From an uncultured Mycoplasmatota bacterium (GTDB lineage Bacteria > Bacillota_I > Bacilli_A > RF39 > UBA660), in NCBI GenBank assembly GCA_900547775.1, contig URHW01000002.1, forward strand, positions 13,041 through 77,040: DNA of 64,000 nucleotides, in the 5' to 3' direction. Below, in pieces: positions 47,218 through 56,953 of the stretch. A program made the position numbers and the translations under genes. Numbering within the stretch: the stretch's first letter is position 1; every line of letters begins with the position of its first letter. The notes beneath the pieces were generated by a model. It saw only the letters and a program-made list of their open reading frames with translations. It had not been told where the DNA came from and did no database searches.

Positions 47218-49288
47218 CTGTTTCCTCCTTACTTGTTATATTAACATATTTACTTCTTTCTTTAAATAAATAATTAAAATAATCATTTTTAATTGCTAGG
47301 GCACTCATTTTTTGTCTAGTGTTAATTTCACTGTTGATTGCTAGTAGTTCTTCAGATGTGTAGGTATTTTCGCTATCTTTTGGAATAAAATTTCCTTTTG
47401 TAGCACTGAAGTATCCTTTATCATCTTGCCATGAGCCATCAGCAAAGACTGTTCTACCATGATTATTACTAAAGATATCTGTTCCTAAATATAATCTTGG
47501 ATCATAATCCATATTAAACATATTAAGTAGTGTTGGAAGTAAATCAATGATACTTGTATATTTAGTAATTGCTTTACCAGGAGTTGCACTATTATATATT
47601 ACCATTGGTGTTCTATCTACTTCATTATTAACCGTAACATCATAAGGAAGTACCTGATTAATTTGTTTAGTAGTAAGTCCGTATGGATAGTGATCTGCAA
47701 ATATAGCAATAACGGTATTGTCTAATTTACCTGCTGCTTCTAGTTTTTCTAAAAGAAGTTTTAAGGCAGCATCTAATTCTTTTAATTTAGACATATATCT
47801 TTTCGTATTAATACTATAGTCATAATCACTAAATTCTTCTAGGTGTTTGTTTCCCATTTCACTTGATACTGTATAAGGTTGATGTGGAGTTACAGTTGTA
47901 AGATATGCCATAAAGTGTTCTTCATTTATAAAGTAAGGTGTTGCTTTTTCAACAAGTTCTGTATCACTAGGCCACTCTTCATAAACACTACTCCATGGTA
48001 TTTTAAGTTCTGTAACGTTTCTATAAGCCATACTACCCATGTTAGGATGGATCGTTCTTCTTGCATAGTAATACTCTGCGTAATCATGATAACTACTTGT
48101 AGTATAACCTTTATTATTAAATATATTAAAGATTGCTTCTGGATAAACATTCTTTTTATAAGTATTTGCTGTGCATGTATTATTAATTGTAAATAAACTT
48201 GTCATACTGGTCATTTCGTTATTACCGGTACTACAGTTATTTCTAGGACTATAGTTATTTCTAAAGCTAAATCCTTCAGTATATAGTTTATAAAGTGTTG
48301 GATATTCTTTTTCATTAATAAAGATTTCGTTAGTTGATTCCATTAGTATTACAATTAGATTCTTACCTTCAAAAATACCAGTATATTCATTTTTAGGTGT
48401 AATATTTCTATTTATAAAGTAATTATTAAGCTTATTATATGTTTTATTAACTTCGTTTTCAATTAAAGCTTTCCAGGCTGTATCGTCAATAGTTCTTGTA
48501 TAGTCGGCATTTACATTTGAATTACCTATTTGATTACTAAATGCAGAATTACTTGATAAGTCTTCACTTACTTCAATGTGGAATATATTACAAATAATAT
48601 CACTAAAGCCATATGTAAAGATACCGAACTGACTAACTGATAAGTTAGAGTTATCACTTGAAAATAATAAAACTCTGTTAGGAACTGCCTGGCTTTTATT
48701 TTGCATAAATGAAAGTGTTAGTGAACTATAATATAGGCATGACATTATAACTAGAGCAAGTGCTGTATATAGAAGGGCTAAAGTCTTAGTTAAAGCACTT
48801 TCTCTTTTAAAGATAAAATAAATAGTTTTCTCTAACTTCTTTAATCTATAAGTTTTAAATAGATACCAAACTAGGACTAATAAAATAATAAACGGAATAA
48901 TTACTAAGTAACTTTTAAGTGGGGCTGCTCCAACAAAATCTTTAACATAGTCTGTTATCTTAGTACCTTGTTCTGCATTACCTACTCCCATAAAGAACCC
49001 CATGTATGAATATAAATTAATTTCTATCCATGCATAAATCATTAAAAGAAAAGCAATAATGCTAGTTACAATGTTTTTACCGCGATAACTAAAACTGCTT
49101 ATGATAAGGCTTATAAGTGTACCAAATATTACTGATGAGATAAATATTCTAATCAGTGAGACACTAAAAAAATGACTACTAGTATTAAGTCTAACAATCA
49201 TTTCCAAAGTAAATATATATAAACTCATAAGAGTTGCGTTTTTAAATATGCGTTTTCCTAATTTGTCTTTCACTAAAATCACCATCAT
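47210..49288 (-). CDS. ltaS: Lipoteichoic acid synthase-type sulfatase-domain membrane protein
   Basis: 5 N-terminal TMs + extracellular sulfatase domain (LIVILMES, NNEMTSMTSL, ADHYPYG). A start at ATG 49228 would avoid the overlap with rnhB. Confidence 0.8.
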   Translation of the reverse strand: MMVILVKDKLGKRIFKNATLMSLYIFTLEMIVRLNTSSHFFSVSLIRIFISSVIFGTLISLIISSFSYRGKNIVTSIIAFLLMIYAWIEINLYSYMGFFMGVGNAEQGTKITDYVKDFVGAAPLKSYLVIIPFIILLVLVWYLFKTYRLKKLEKTIYFIFKRESALTKTLALLYTALALVIMSCLYYSSLTLSFMQNKSQAVPNRVLLFSSDNSNLSVSQFGIFTYGFSDIICNIFHIEVSEDLSSNSAFSNQIGNSNVNADYTRTIDDTAWKALIENEVNKTYNKLNNYFINRNITPKNEYTGIFEGKNLIVILMESTNEIFINEKEYPTLYKLYTEGFSFRNNYSPRNNCSTGNNEMTSMTSLFTINNTCTANTYKKNVYPEAIFNIFNNKGYTTSSYHDYAEYYYARRTIHPNMGSMAYRNVTELKIPWSSVYEEWPSDTELVEKATPYFINEEHFMAYLTTVTPHQPYTVSSEMGNKHLEEFSDYDYSINTKRYMSKLKELDAALKLLLEKLEAAGKLDNTVIAIFADHYPYGLTTKQINQVLPYDVTVNNEVDRTPMVIYNSATPGKAITKYTSIIDLLPTLLNMFNMDYDPRLYLGTDIFSNNHGRTVFADGSWQDDKGYFSATKGNFIPKDSENTYTSEELLAINSEINTRQKMSALAIKNDYFNYLFKERSKYVNITSKEETDE

Positions 49289-49907
49289 TTATTAAAACAC
49301 TAATTGGTTTAAATGTAAACCTGTAATTATCAAGTAGGCCATACTGCTTTACATTGTTTATGTGTTCTTTTGTTGGATAGCCTTTATGTTTAGCAAATCC
49401 ATATTCAGGATATTCTTTGTCTAGTTCATACATCATTCGATCTCTGGTAACTTTAGCAATTACGCTGGCTGCGGCAATACTTTCACTTAGGGCATCACCT
49501 TTAATAATACTGGTTGTAGGAATATCTAGTTCTAATGGCATAGCATCTATCAAAACATGTTCTGGCTTTACAGATAAATTATTAATAGCGTCTTTCATTG
49601 CAAGTTTAGTTGCCTCGTAAATATTAACTTCGTCTATAATTTTATTACTTTTGATTCCTACTCCAATTGCTATAGCATCTTTCATAAGAATATCATAAAA
49701 AGTATTACGTTTTTTTTCCGATAATTTTTTAGAATCAGTTAGTCCTTCTAATTTATATCCTTTAGGTAATATAACTGCAGCTGCAACTACTGGACCAACT
49801 AGTGGACCACGCCCTACTTCGTCTACACCTGCAATATAATTTATGCCACTACTATATAAATTATTTTCATAACTTAATAGGTCCACTGTCTCGATTACTT
49901 TTTTCAT
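49242..49907 (-). CDS. rnhB: Ribonuclease HII
   Basis: GVDEVGRGPL.GPVV.AAV, DSKKLS, ASVIAKV.RD motifs. Confidence 0.9.
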   Translation of the reverse strand: MKKVIETVDLLSYENNLYSSGINYIAGVDEVGRGPLVGPVVAAAVILPKGYKLEGLTDSKKLSEKKRNTFYDILMKDAIAIGVGIKSNKIIDEVNIYEATKLAMKDAINNLSVKPEHVLIDAMPLELDIPTTSIIKGDALSESIAAASVIAKVTRDRMMYELDKEYPEYGFAKHKGYPTKEHINNVKQYGLLDNYRFTFKPISVLINDGDFSERQIRKTHI

Positions 49908-50538
49908 TTACTTCTTTACTCCTTAAACTTGAAACAAACTCTCTATCATATGGAAACATTCTTAAAAGATTATCCCTTGTGAGATCATCTGGGCTACTAA
50001 AAATTTTATAAGGTTTATTATATCCACCATCTTTTTTAACAAATATCTTGGCAAATTCTTTCTCACTAGCATGAACCATATTACTCCAATTAATACTAGG
50101 ATAATCTAAAGTTTTCATAAGCATATATCTAGCATAAATAAGTTCATTACTAACTCTATAATCATCTGGACATAAAATAAGTTTAGTCTTTCTTAAATGA
50201 TAACTGTGATCATCAATTAATCCCATTAATGCATATTTGTCTCTTAAAGATTCAATAGATACATTTAAAATAGATGGGCTCATTCTAAGAATATGAATAA
50301 CATCCATTAGAGTAAACCCCAGTTCAAAGCAAAAGTCTTTAAATGTCCTAATATTGTTTCTTAAACTTTCTGGAGTCCTACCCTTAATTTCTTCTGAACG
50401 GTTATGTTGTAAATATTTCATAAAATCTTTAAAAAATGCAAGTCTGCCTTCTATGGTTAAGGCGTTATTTAAATCTAATTCTTCAAATAAAACATGTTCT
50501 AAAGCAAGAGAATCCTCTTCTTTCCATTTTACTCCCAT
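49867..50538 (-). CDS. Hypothetical protein (helical repeat; weak mTERF-like impression)
   Basis: 223 aa between rbgA and rnhB; 41-nt overlap with rnhB start; no solid motif. Confidence 0.5.
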   Translation of the reverse strand: MGVKWKEEDSLALEHVLFEELDLNNALTIEGRLAFFKDFMKYLQHNRSEEIKGRTPESLRNNIRTFKDFCFELGFTLMDVIHILRMSPSILNVSIESLRDKYALMGLIDDHSYHLRKTKLILCPDDYRVSNELIYARYMLMKTLDYPSINWSNMVHASEKEFAKIFVKKDGGYNKPYKIFSSPDDLTRDNLLRMFPYDREFVSSLRSKEVNEKSNRDSGPIKL

Positions 50539-51404
50539 TAATTATCATTCCTATCTAAAGTTATTCCTTTTATATATTCCATTCTAACATCATCAATTAT
50601 GGTTTTACTAATATTGTTAAATGATGCTTCCCCTTTTATATTAAGTTTATTTTTAATAATATCATAATCACTTAAAATATCATCAGTTAGTTTATCTAAT
50701 CCATATCTTTCTTTTAATTTATTAGGATAATATTTATTTAAGCACTCTAGGATGTGATATGCAACGTCGTTTATTGGTAGTACTTCTAAACGAATTGCTC
50801 CAGTAGCTGCAAGGTTATAAGCAACAAGTTTATCATCCATCTTAGGCCATAATACGCCTGGTGTATCTAAGATGACCATATTATATTTTGTTTTAAGCCA
50901 TGTATTACTTTTAGTTACGCCTGGTTTGTTTCCTGTGCTTGCAACCTTTTTATGAGCTAGTTTATTAATAAATGTACTTTTACCTACGTTAGGAACTCCC
51001 ATTACTAAGGCTTTAATTTCTTTAGGCTTTAAGCCTTTTTCTTTTCTAATATCATTTATCTTATTAATAACTTCACTTGTTGCATTAAGCACATCCTTAT
51101 AATCATCGCCACTACTTAAATTAGTTAAAACTACTTTATATCCTAAATTCTCATAATAATTAATCCACTTATTAGTAACTGATATATCACATAAATCTTT
51201 CTTAGTCATAACTAAAACTCTAAATTTATTTTTAATAATATCATCAATATCTCTCATCTTTGATGAATAAGGTATTCTAGCATCTATAAGTTCAAATACT
51301 ACATCAATTAAAGGCATTATCTTCTTTACTTCATTTTTTGTTTTAGCCATATGTCCTGGATACCAGTTTATATTTGTTTTATTTTCATTATTCATTATTT
51401 TCAC
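50538..51404 (-). CDS. rbgA: Ribosome biogenesis GTPase A (YlqF)
   Basis: INWYPGHMAK start, circularly permuted GTPase: TKKDL (G4), GVPNVGKST (G1), DTPG (G3). Confidence 0.9.
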   Translation of the reverse strand: MKIMNNENKTNINWYPGHMAKTKNEVKKIMPLIDVVFELIDARIPYSSKMRDIDDIIKNKFRVLVMTKKDLCDISVTNKWINYYENLGYKVVLTNLSSGDDYKDVLNATSEVINKINDIRKEKGLKPKEIKALVMGVPNVGKSTFINKLAHKKVASTGNKPGVTKSNTWLKTKYNMVILDTPGVLWPKMDDKLVAYNLAATGAIRLEVLPINDVAYHILECLNKYYPNKLKERYGLDKLTDDILSDYDIIKNKLNIKGEASFNNISKTIIDDVRMEYIKGITLDRNDN

Positions 51405-51422
51405 TTCTCTCTATAATTATTG

Positions 51423-51692
51423 CTTCATTTTAAAAATTATCAAAGTCTGATTTATATAATTTATCCTGTTTAACTTTAAATTATCATATTCTTTATAAAC
51501 TAATTTTTTTGCAACACTAGCCGATATTTTTCCAGCATTATGTAATATTTCTTTACCATTAAATTGCAAAAAAGCATTCAATTTTTCTACTCAATTTTTC
51601 ATAGACATTGCATTATGATTTTCTGCTTGGAATTCTGCATAGTCTAAATACATAGTTTCAATTCTATTCAAATCTTTTAATTCTTTTTCATT
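51423..51692. repeat. Repeat B copy 1 (about 270 bp, about 85-90% identical by eye to 62118-62390)
   Basis: Manual alignment of the two stretches. Confidence 0.8.
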
Positions 51693-51743
51693 ACTATATT
51701 CTTCTTTTGATAAACGAAGATACGCTGCTACCTTATATGTCAT
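51423..51743 (-). pseudogene. Chimeric remnant: first about 15 codons of a serine recombinase fused to a frameshifted RhuM C-terminal fragment
   Basis: MTYKVAAYLRLSKEE (typical resolvase/large serine recombinase N-terminus), then KELKDLNRIETMYLDYAEFQAENHNAMSMK matching RhuM 62086-63108; the rest (51423-51590) matches 62118-62280 with indels. Confidence 0.65.
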
Positions 51744-51760
51744 CTTAATATTACAACTTT

Positions 51761-52495
51761 CTATAAAATTTTGCAAAGAAGATTTGGTTCTTCTTTTTTT
51801 ATTTCATTTTCAATTATCCATTTTATATCTTCTATCGATTTATCAATATTAAATATGCCATTACCTACCGGATAATAAACAGGATAAACTTTATATTCGT
51901 TTTTATTAATTTGTATTTTGTGACATTTTTTTCTATTTTCAGATACAGATATCTTTTTATTTAAAATAATAGAACTAACTTGGTTTCCAAAAGTAATAAT
52001 TATTTTTGGTTTAATTATGTTTATTTCTTTGAATAATAAATCAAGATATTTTTTCAACACTTCATCAGGCAATGGTCTTGCATCTATTTGTGTACATTTA
52101 CCTAAATTAGTAATGAACAATTTATTTTTTTTAATTTCTTCGTAAACATAGTCGCAAAACTCATAATCCCATTCTTTTGGCTTTTTTTCTTGAATTTTAT
52201 TAAATATTTCTTCACTTAATAAATCAACTTTATAGAACAACTTCCATATGTTTTTAGTTCCTAACCATGGAGACTTTCTACCTTTCCAAGATTTATCACT
52301 GGCAATATTTTTTCCTGTAGGATTCATAAAAACAAAACATATATCAGGATTTTTTTCACATCCACCATTATATATAGAATCTAATTCCTTAGCACCATAT
52401 TTAACTTGTAATTCATCATAATCTTTTCTTAAATCTTCTATCTTCAAAATATTCACCTTCTTATAAAAAAGTTTCTTTAAGTAGTTCTTACCCAA
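51761..52495 (-). CDS. Uracil-DNA glycosylase superfamily protein (family 4/5-like, no Fe-S cysteines seen)
   Basis: ICFVFMNPTG (motif A position), FITNLGKCT, YYPVGNG (motif B position); true start uncertain (TTG 52495 or an internal TTG about 52448 after AAGGTG). Confidence 0.6.
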   Translation of the reverse strand: MGKNYLKKLFYKKVNILKIEDLRKDYDELQVKYGAKELDSIYNGGCEKNPDICFVFMNPTGKNIASDKSWKGRKSPWLGTKNIWKLFYKVDLLSEEIFNKIQEKKPKEWDYEFCDYVYEEIKKNKLFITNLGKCTQIDARPLPDEVLKKYLDLLFKEINIIKPKIIITFGNQVSSIILNKKISVSENRKKCHKIQINKNEYKVYPVYYPVGNGIFNIDKSIEDIKWIIENEIKKEEPNLLCKIL

Positions 52496-52705
52496 TTTTC
52501 CTTATAATTTTTGTTAATTTTTTATTAAAAATTGTAAAAAGAAATTTAATTAAAAGCCTTATAAAATAAGGGTTTTAAAGAGAGTTTATATAAGTCGTAC
52601 TTTACCAGTTAATTCCGACTGATGGAAAACTTTTTGGACTATCTTCTTTTTTCTTTTCTGCTCTAATTTTTCTTTTTTGATACATATCCATTTTAATCAC
52701 TTCTT
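52492..52705. repeat. Repeat A copy 1 (214 bp, near-identical to 63504-63717)
   Basis: Manual alignment; only a handful of mismatches. Confidence 0.85.
52602..52691 (-). CDS. Candidate 29-aa basic peptide MDMYQKRKIRAEKKKEDSPKSFPSVGINW (repeat-encoded, copy 1)
   Basis: Intact ORF conserved in 3 copies (also 63614-63703 and 61937-62086); below the ORF-track cut-off. Confidence 0.35.
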   Translation of the reverse strand: MDMYQKRKIRAEKKKEDSPKSFPSVGINW

Positions 52706-52973
52706 TCTATTCTATCATTTAAAAAAATACTTAAAAGTATTTGTTTTTCGTTTTTAACTTGAAAGTATTATATCATATTTTTGTTTATTTATAAAGTCAA
52801 GAGCCTCAAAATATTTATCTTCATATTTGAATATTACTTTTATATTACCATCAACTTTAAGAATACTTGAATTATGTAACAAATATAATTACACTCCAAA
52901 TAAACTTGCTGAATTATCTGCTATTGCACCATCAACATTAAGGGCATTATTGGCAAACTTGGAGTATTAAAAT

Positions 52974-52995
52974 AAGAGGCTTGTAATAGCCTCTT
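52974..52995. terminator. Hairpin terminator downstream of the BceB-like gene
   Basis: AAGAGGCT-TGTAAT-AGCCTCTT; T-rich on both sides. Confidence 0.6.
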
Positions 52996-53015
52996 TTATC
53001 GTTTTATCAGATATA

Positions 53016-55061
53016 TTATTTTTCCTTAATTATATTTTTACTGCAAATATAAGTTACTAAGAAGTATCCTCCATAAATCGCAACAATAAATATTGCAATA
53101 CCAATTATTGATGATACTAAATTAGCGGCTCCAAAGGCACTTAACAAAAAATTACAAAATTTAATTCCAAATACAGAATGTATAATTGCAACTAATAACG
53201 GAAACATAAAAAATATACCAATTTGTCTAAACAATGCTTTATTAATCATTTTTTCATCTACGCCTATTTTTCTTAGCATATTAAACTTTTCTACATTATC
53301 ACTTGATTCCGATAATTCTTTAAGTGCTAGAATTGCAGCACAAGAAATTAAGAATATAATACCTAAGTATAATCCTATAAAGGTAACCATTGCACCTAGT
53401 CCAATACTATTTTCTTTAATTGTCATTTTAGAATTAAAATCAATAACAGTATTATTAGAATTTTCTTTGCAAATTTCACTTAATTCTTTTTCCGAAAGAT
53501 TTTTCTCATTTATATCTGTAACATTATAATTAGCAGTTAAATATTCATATTTTTTCATTGAATCATTTACTGCATTATCAGGAACAACAAAAACTCCCAT
53601 ATTTGAATATGTTGAATTCATTGCAATAAAACCTTCTACACAACTATCATATTTTGGTTTTAATTCCTTTTCATTTATATTAAGTATTGTATGTGCCTTA
53701 AGTCCCTCATTCCTGAATTCTACATATTCTGAATAATTAGCAACAATAGAATATTCATCATCATTTAATGTATATTCTTTTAGTCCAAACAATTTTGCAA
53801 TTTTGTTGTAATCACTTATCTTTACAATACTTTCCTTCTTATTGTATGGCATTAAAGGATATTTATCCTTTGCAATATCATAGTAAGATCCAATACTGGT
53901 TTTTAAGTCAATATTATCAAAGTTATAAACATCAAGTTTTACTATATCTTTAAGTTTGTTATCTACATCATAGCCTAATTTTTCAAGTGTATCATATATT
54001 GAAATTTTTGAATCTTCTATTTGTTTTTCAGAATAATGCTCATAATCAGTTACATTTATAAGCTTACCAATTTGAACATCTGCTGGAGCCAATTTTTTCA
54101 AATTATTTGTCATAGATATTTTCATAGACATTGCACTCGATAGCACGCAAATCGTTATAAATAACATCAAACATATTATTGTCATCGAAAAAGTCATAGT
54201 ATTTATTTTACTTGAAAACTGTCTAAGGGTGAAACTATTTAACCCTTTATAATAAGTGTTCTTCATACTTATAAATATTTTTAAAAGCAATCCCGATAAA
54301 GACCAAAACACAAAGAAAGTTGAAACAGCACCTATTCCTATAGGAACAAAAATACTATTTGCATTAGCCATTTTCTCAATACCACCAGTAACCTGATAAT
54401 AAGCAAATCCTAATGCTATACAAGAAATAATAAACACTATTGTACAAAACAATGGATTTTTTAATTTTATTTTTTCAGATTTTTTGTTAGAATGCATTAA
54501 ATCTATCAATTTACATTTACTAATATTTATAGTATTAAATATCATAACTACAAAATACATAATACTAAAATAAATCAAAGTTTTAATACAAGCATTTGTT
54601 GAAAATACGAATTGAAATCTAGTTAAATCTGCTTCAAACATATTAGCAACCAAAATACTCATCAATTGTGATAATAAAAAACCTATTCCTAAACCAACTA
54701 CCAATGAAACTATACCTATTATTAATGTTTCAATAAATAATATTAAGGATATTTTCTTTTTGCTCATTCCAAGCGTTAAATAAACTCCAAATTCTTTATT
54801 TCTTCTTTTTATTAAGAATCTACTTGCATAAACAATTAAAAACGCTAATATTATAGATACAAACACGCTAACACCAGAAAGAATATTGGTCATAAGTTTT
54901 ATTATTTCTGCTGTTGTTGATGATACCTTCATCATAACTGACTGATCATCTATTGCATTGAACACATAAAAAATTGCAACACCTAGTATCAGAGTAAAGA
55001 AATAGATGGCATAATCCTTTATACTCTTACTAATATTTTTTAATGATAACTTAAAGAGCAT
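53016..55061 (-). CDS. BceB-type ABC permease (10 TM, large extracellular domain)
   Basis: 681 aa, two FtsX modules separated by an about 220-aa loop; paired with a BceA-like ATPase and BceRS-like TCS. Confidence 0.8.
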   Translation of the reverse strand: MLFKLSLKNISKSIKDYAIYFFTLILGVAIFYVFNAIDDQSVMMKVSSTTAEIIKLMTNILSGVSVFVSIILAFLIVYASRFLIKRRNKEFGVYLTLGMSKKKISLILFIETLIIGIVSLVVGLGIGFLLSQLMSILVANMFEADLTRFQFVFSTNACIKTLIYFSIMYFVVMIFNTINISKCKLIDLMHSNKKSEKIKLKNPLFCTIVFIISCIALGFAYYQVTGGIEKMANANSIFVPIGIGAVSTFFVFWSLSGLLLKIFISMKNTYYKGLNSFTLRQFSSKINTMTFSMTIICLMLFITICVLSSAMSMKISMTNNLKKLAPADVQIGKLINVTDYEHYSEKQIEDSKISIYDTLEKLGYDVDNKLKDIVKLDVYNFDNIDLKTSIGSYYDIAKDKYPLMPYNKKESIVKISDYNKIAKLFGLKEYTLNDDEYSIVANYSEYVEFRNEGLKAHTILNINEKELKPKYDSCVEGFIAMNSTYSNMGVFVVPDNAVNDSMKKYEYLTANYNVTDINEKNLSEKELSEICKENSNNTVIDFNSKMTIKENSIGLGAMVTFIGLYLGIIFLISCAAILALKELSESSDNVEKFNMLRKIGVDEKMINKALFRQIGIFFMFPLLVAIIHSVFGIKFCNFLLSAFGAANLVSSIIGIAIFIVAIYGGYFLVTYICSKNIIKEK

Positions 55062-55818
55062 CGTTTAAGTCACCACCAAGTAATGTTACAACATCTATTA
55101 TTTTATCAAAAAATTCTTTTCTAGAATTTGTTCCTTTAATTATTTCATTAAAAATTTTGCCATCTTTGATAAATATGACTCTTGAAGAATAACTTGCAGT
55201 AAACGCATCATGTGTCACCATAAGAATTGTTGCTTGTAATTCTTTATTCAAATAATCAAATTTTTCTAAAAGCATTTTAGCTGACTTTGAATCCAATGCA
55301 CCTGTTGGTTCATCTGCAAGAATTAACTTTGGATTATTAATTATTGCTCTTGCACTAGCGACTCTTTGCTTTTGACCTCCACTCATTTGATATGGATATT
55401 TATTAAGTACATCAACAATATCCAGTTCTTTTGCAACTTTTTTAATTCTTGTATCAATTTCTCTGAAATTCACATTTTGAATAGAAAGTGCCAAAGCAAT
55501 ATTTTCATAAGCAGTTAAAGTATCAAGTAAATTAAAATCTTGAAATATAAAACCTAACTCTTCCCTTCTAAACTTATTTAGACTATTTCCTCTTAATTTT
55601 GTGATATCATTACCTGCTACATAAATATGTCCAGATGTAACTTTATCAATTGTAGATATACAATTTAAAAGAGTAGTCTTTCCGGATCCACTTGCTCCCA
55701 TTATTGCAACAAATTCTCCCTTTTCAACATCAAATGATAGGTTATCAATTGCTTTTGTAAGACTAGATTTATTGCCATAATATTTTTCAATTTTATCAAT
55801 TTTTAAGATATTTTCCAT
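55051..55818 (-). CDS. BceA-type ABC ATPase
   Basis: [28 protein letters not shown]. Confidence 0.9.
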   Translation of the reverse strand: MENILKIDKIEKYYGNKSSLTKAIDNLSFDVEKGEFVAIMGASGSGKTTLLNCISTIDKVTSGHIYVAGNDITKLRGNSLNKFRREELGFIFQDFNLLDTLTAYENIALALSIQNVNFREIDTRIKKVAKELDIVDVLNKYPYQMSGGQKQRVASARAIINNPKLILADEPTGALDSKSAKMLLEKFDYLNKELQATILMVTHDAFTASYSSRVIFIKDGKIFNEIIKGTNSRKEFFDKIIDVVTLLGGDLNDAL

Positions 55819-55871
55819 AATCTTTCTCCTTTCTGATTACATTGTAATATAAAAGATAGGATTAGTCGTTA

Positions 55872-55907
55872 TTCTAATATTACAGAATATTACAATTTTG
55901 TAATATT
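55872..55907. promoter_or_regulatory. Candidate response-regulator operator: perfect inverted repeat AATATTACAA-TT-TTGTAATATT plus an extra upstream half-site
   Basis: Palindrome 55886-55907; extra AATATTACA at 55876-55884; lies about 70-90 nt upstream of the BceA-like start. Confidence 0.55.
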
Positions 55908-55936
55908 TATTTTTAGTATCCAAATCTGCATAAACT

Positions 55937-56953
55937 TTAATCAACTTTATAAAAATCATTTTTATAAAAGATAATTGTAATTTTTGTATATTTATGTATT
56001 TCAGATTCAATAATTATCTTATGTCCTAATTTATCGCATAATTTCTTGACAATATAAAGTCCCATACCTGTTGATTTTGCCATTATTCTACCGTTTTCAC
56101 CAGTGAAAGATTTATCAAATACTCTTTTTATATCATTTTTAGGTATTCCTATTCCATTATCCCAAATAGTTAGATATACTTTATCTTTTTCATCTTTTAC
56201 ACTGATTTTTATTATTGGATCGTTATTATTTTTTTTATATTTAATACTATTGTTTATAATCTGATTTAATACGAACTCTAACCATTTTGAATCCGTTAAA
56301 ACTTTTTCATTATGAATATCAACTTCAAGATTAACTTTGTTTTCTAATAAGTCATCTTTATTTTTTAAAGCAACATCTTTGATAATCTTCTGCAATTCAA
56401 TTTCTTTGATAAGATAATCTTTCTCGGCATTTTCGCTTCGAACGAAATATAAAATTTGATCTATATAGTTATCTAACTTTCTAATTTGTTCTATATATCT
56501 CTTATCAAACATATTTTTGTTGTTATGAATTAATAAAGTTAAACTTGCTACTGGAATCTTTACTTCATGAATCCACATTTCTACATATTCCTTGAAATCG
56601 GTAATACTTAAATTATATTCTTTTACATTTTCAATCATTGACTTGTTTATATCATAAAGAATTTGATAAAAAATTTCGCCATCATAAAAGTTCGGCTTAT
56701 TTAATATTTCTAAAATTAAATATTTTTTATCTAACTTATCAAGCGTATTTAATAATTTTTTGTAAAATTTGTATTTCCTGAAATAATCAAAAATAATATT
56801 AAATGTTGCAACTAAAAAAAATAATATTGTCAATGCTATTTTCAAATCATTTTCCACTTTAAATGCGTTTAACATAAGAATAGCAATTATGAATCCAACA
56901 ATTGACGCAGTTATCTGTACTGTTTTATCTAATAAATATTTTTTAAAACTCAT
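55937..56953 (-). CDS. Intramembrane-sensing histidine kinase (BceS-like)
   Basis: Two N-terminal TMs with a minimal loop, H-box HEVKIPVAS, N/G boxes (DNGIGIP, GMGLYIV). Confidence 0.85.
   Translation of the reverse strand: MSFKKYLLDKTVQITASIVGFIIAILMLNAFKVENDLKIALTILFFLVATFNIIFDYFRKYKFYKKLLNTLDKLDKKYLILEILNKPNFYDGEIFYQILYDINKSMIENVKEYNLSITDFKEYVEMWIHEVKIPVASLTLLIHNNKNMFDKRYIEQIRKLDNYIDQILYFVRSENAEKDYLIKEIELQKIIKDVALKNKDDLLENKVNLEVDIHNEKVLTDSKWLEFVLNQIINNSIKYKKNNNDPIIKISVKDEKDKVYLTIWDNGIGIPKNDIKRVFDKSFTGENGRIMAKSTGMGLYIVKKLCDKLGHKIIIESEIHKYTKITIIFYKNDFYKVD

Noticed and set aside
51340-51404. Similarity of the INW motif of the small repeat-encoded peptides to the RbgA N-terminus (NINWYPGHMAK), suggesting duplicated rbgA 5' ends
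   Set aside because: Nucleotide similarity is limited to AACTGGTA, and the flanking residues do not match, so this is most likely coincidence.
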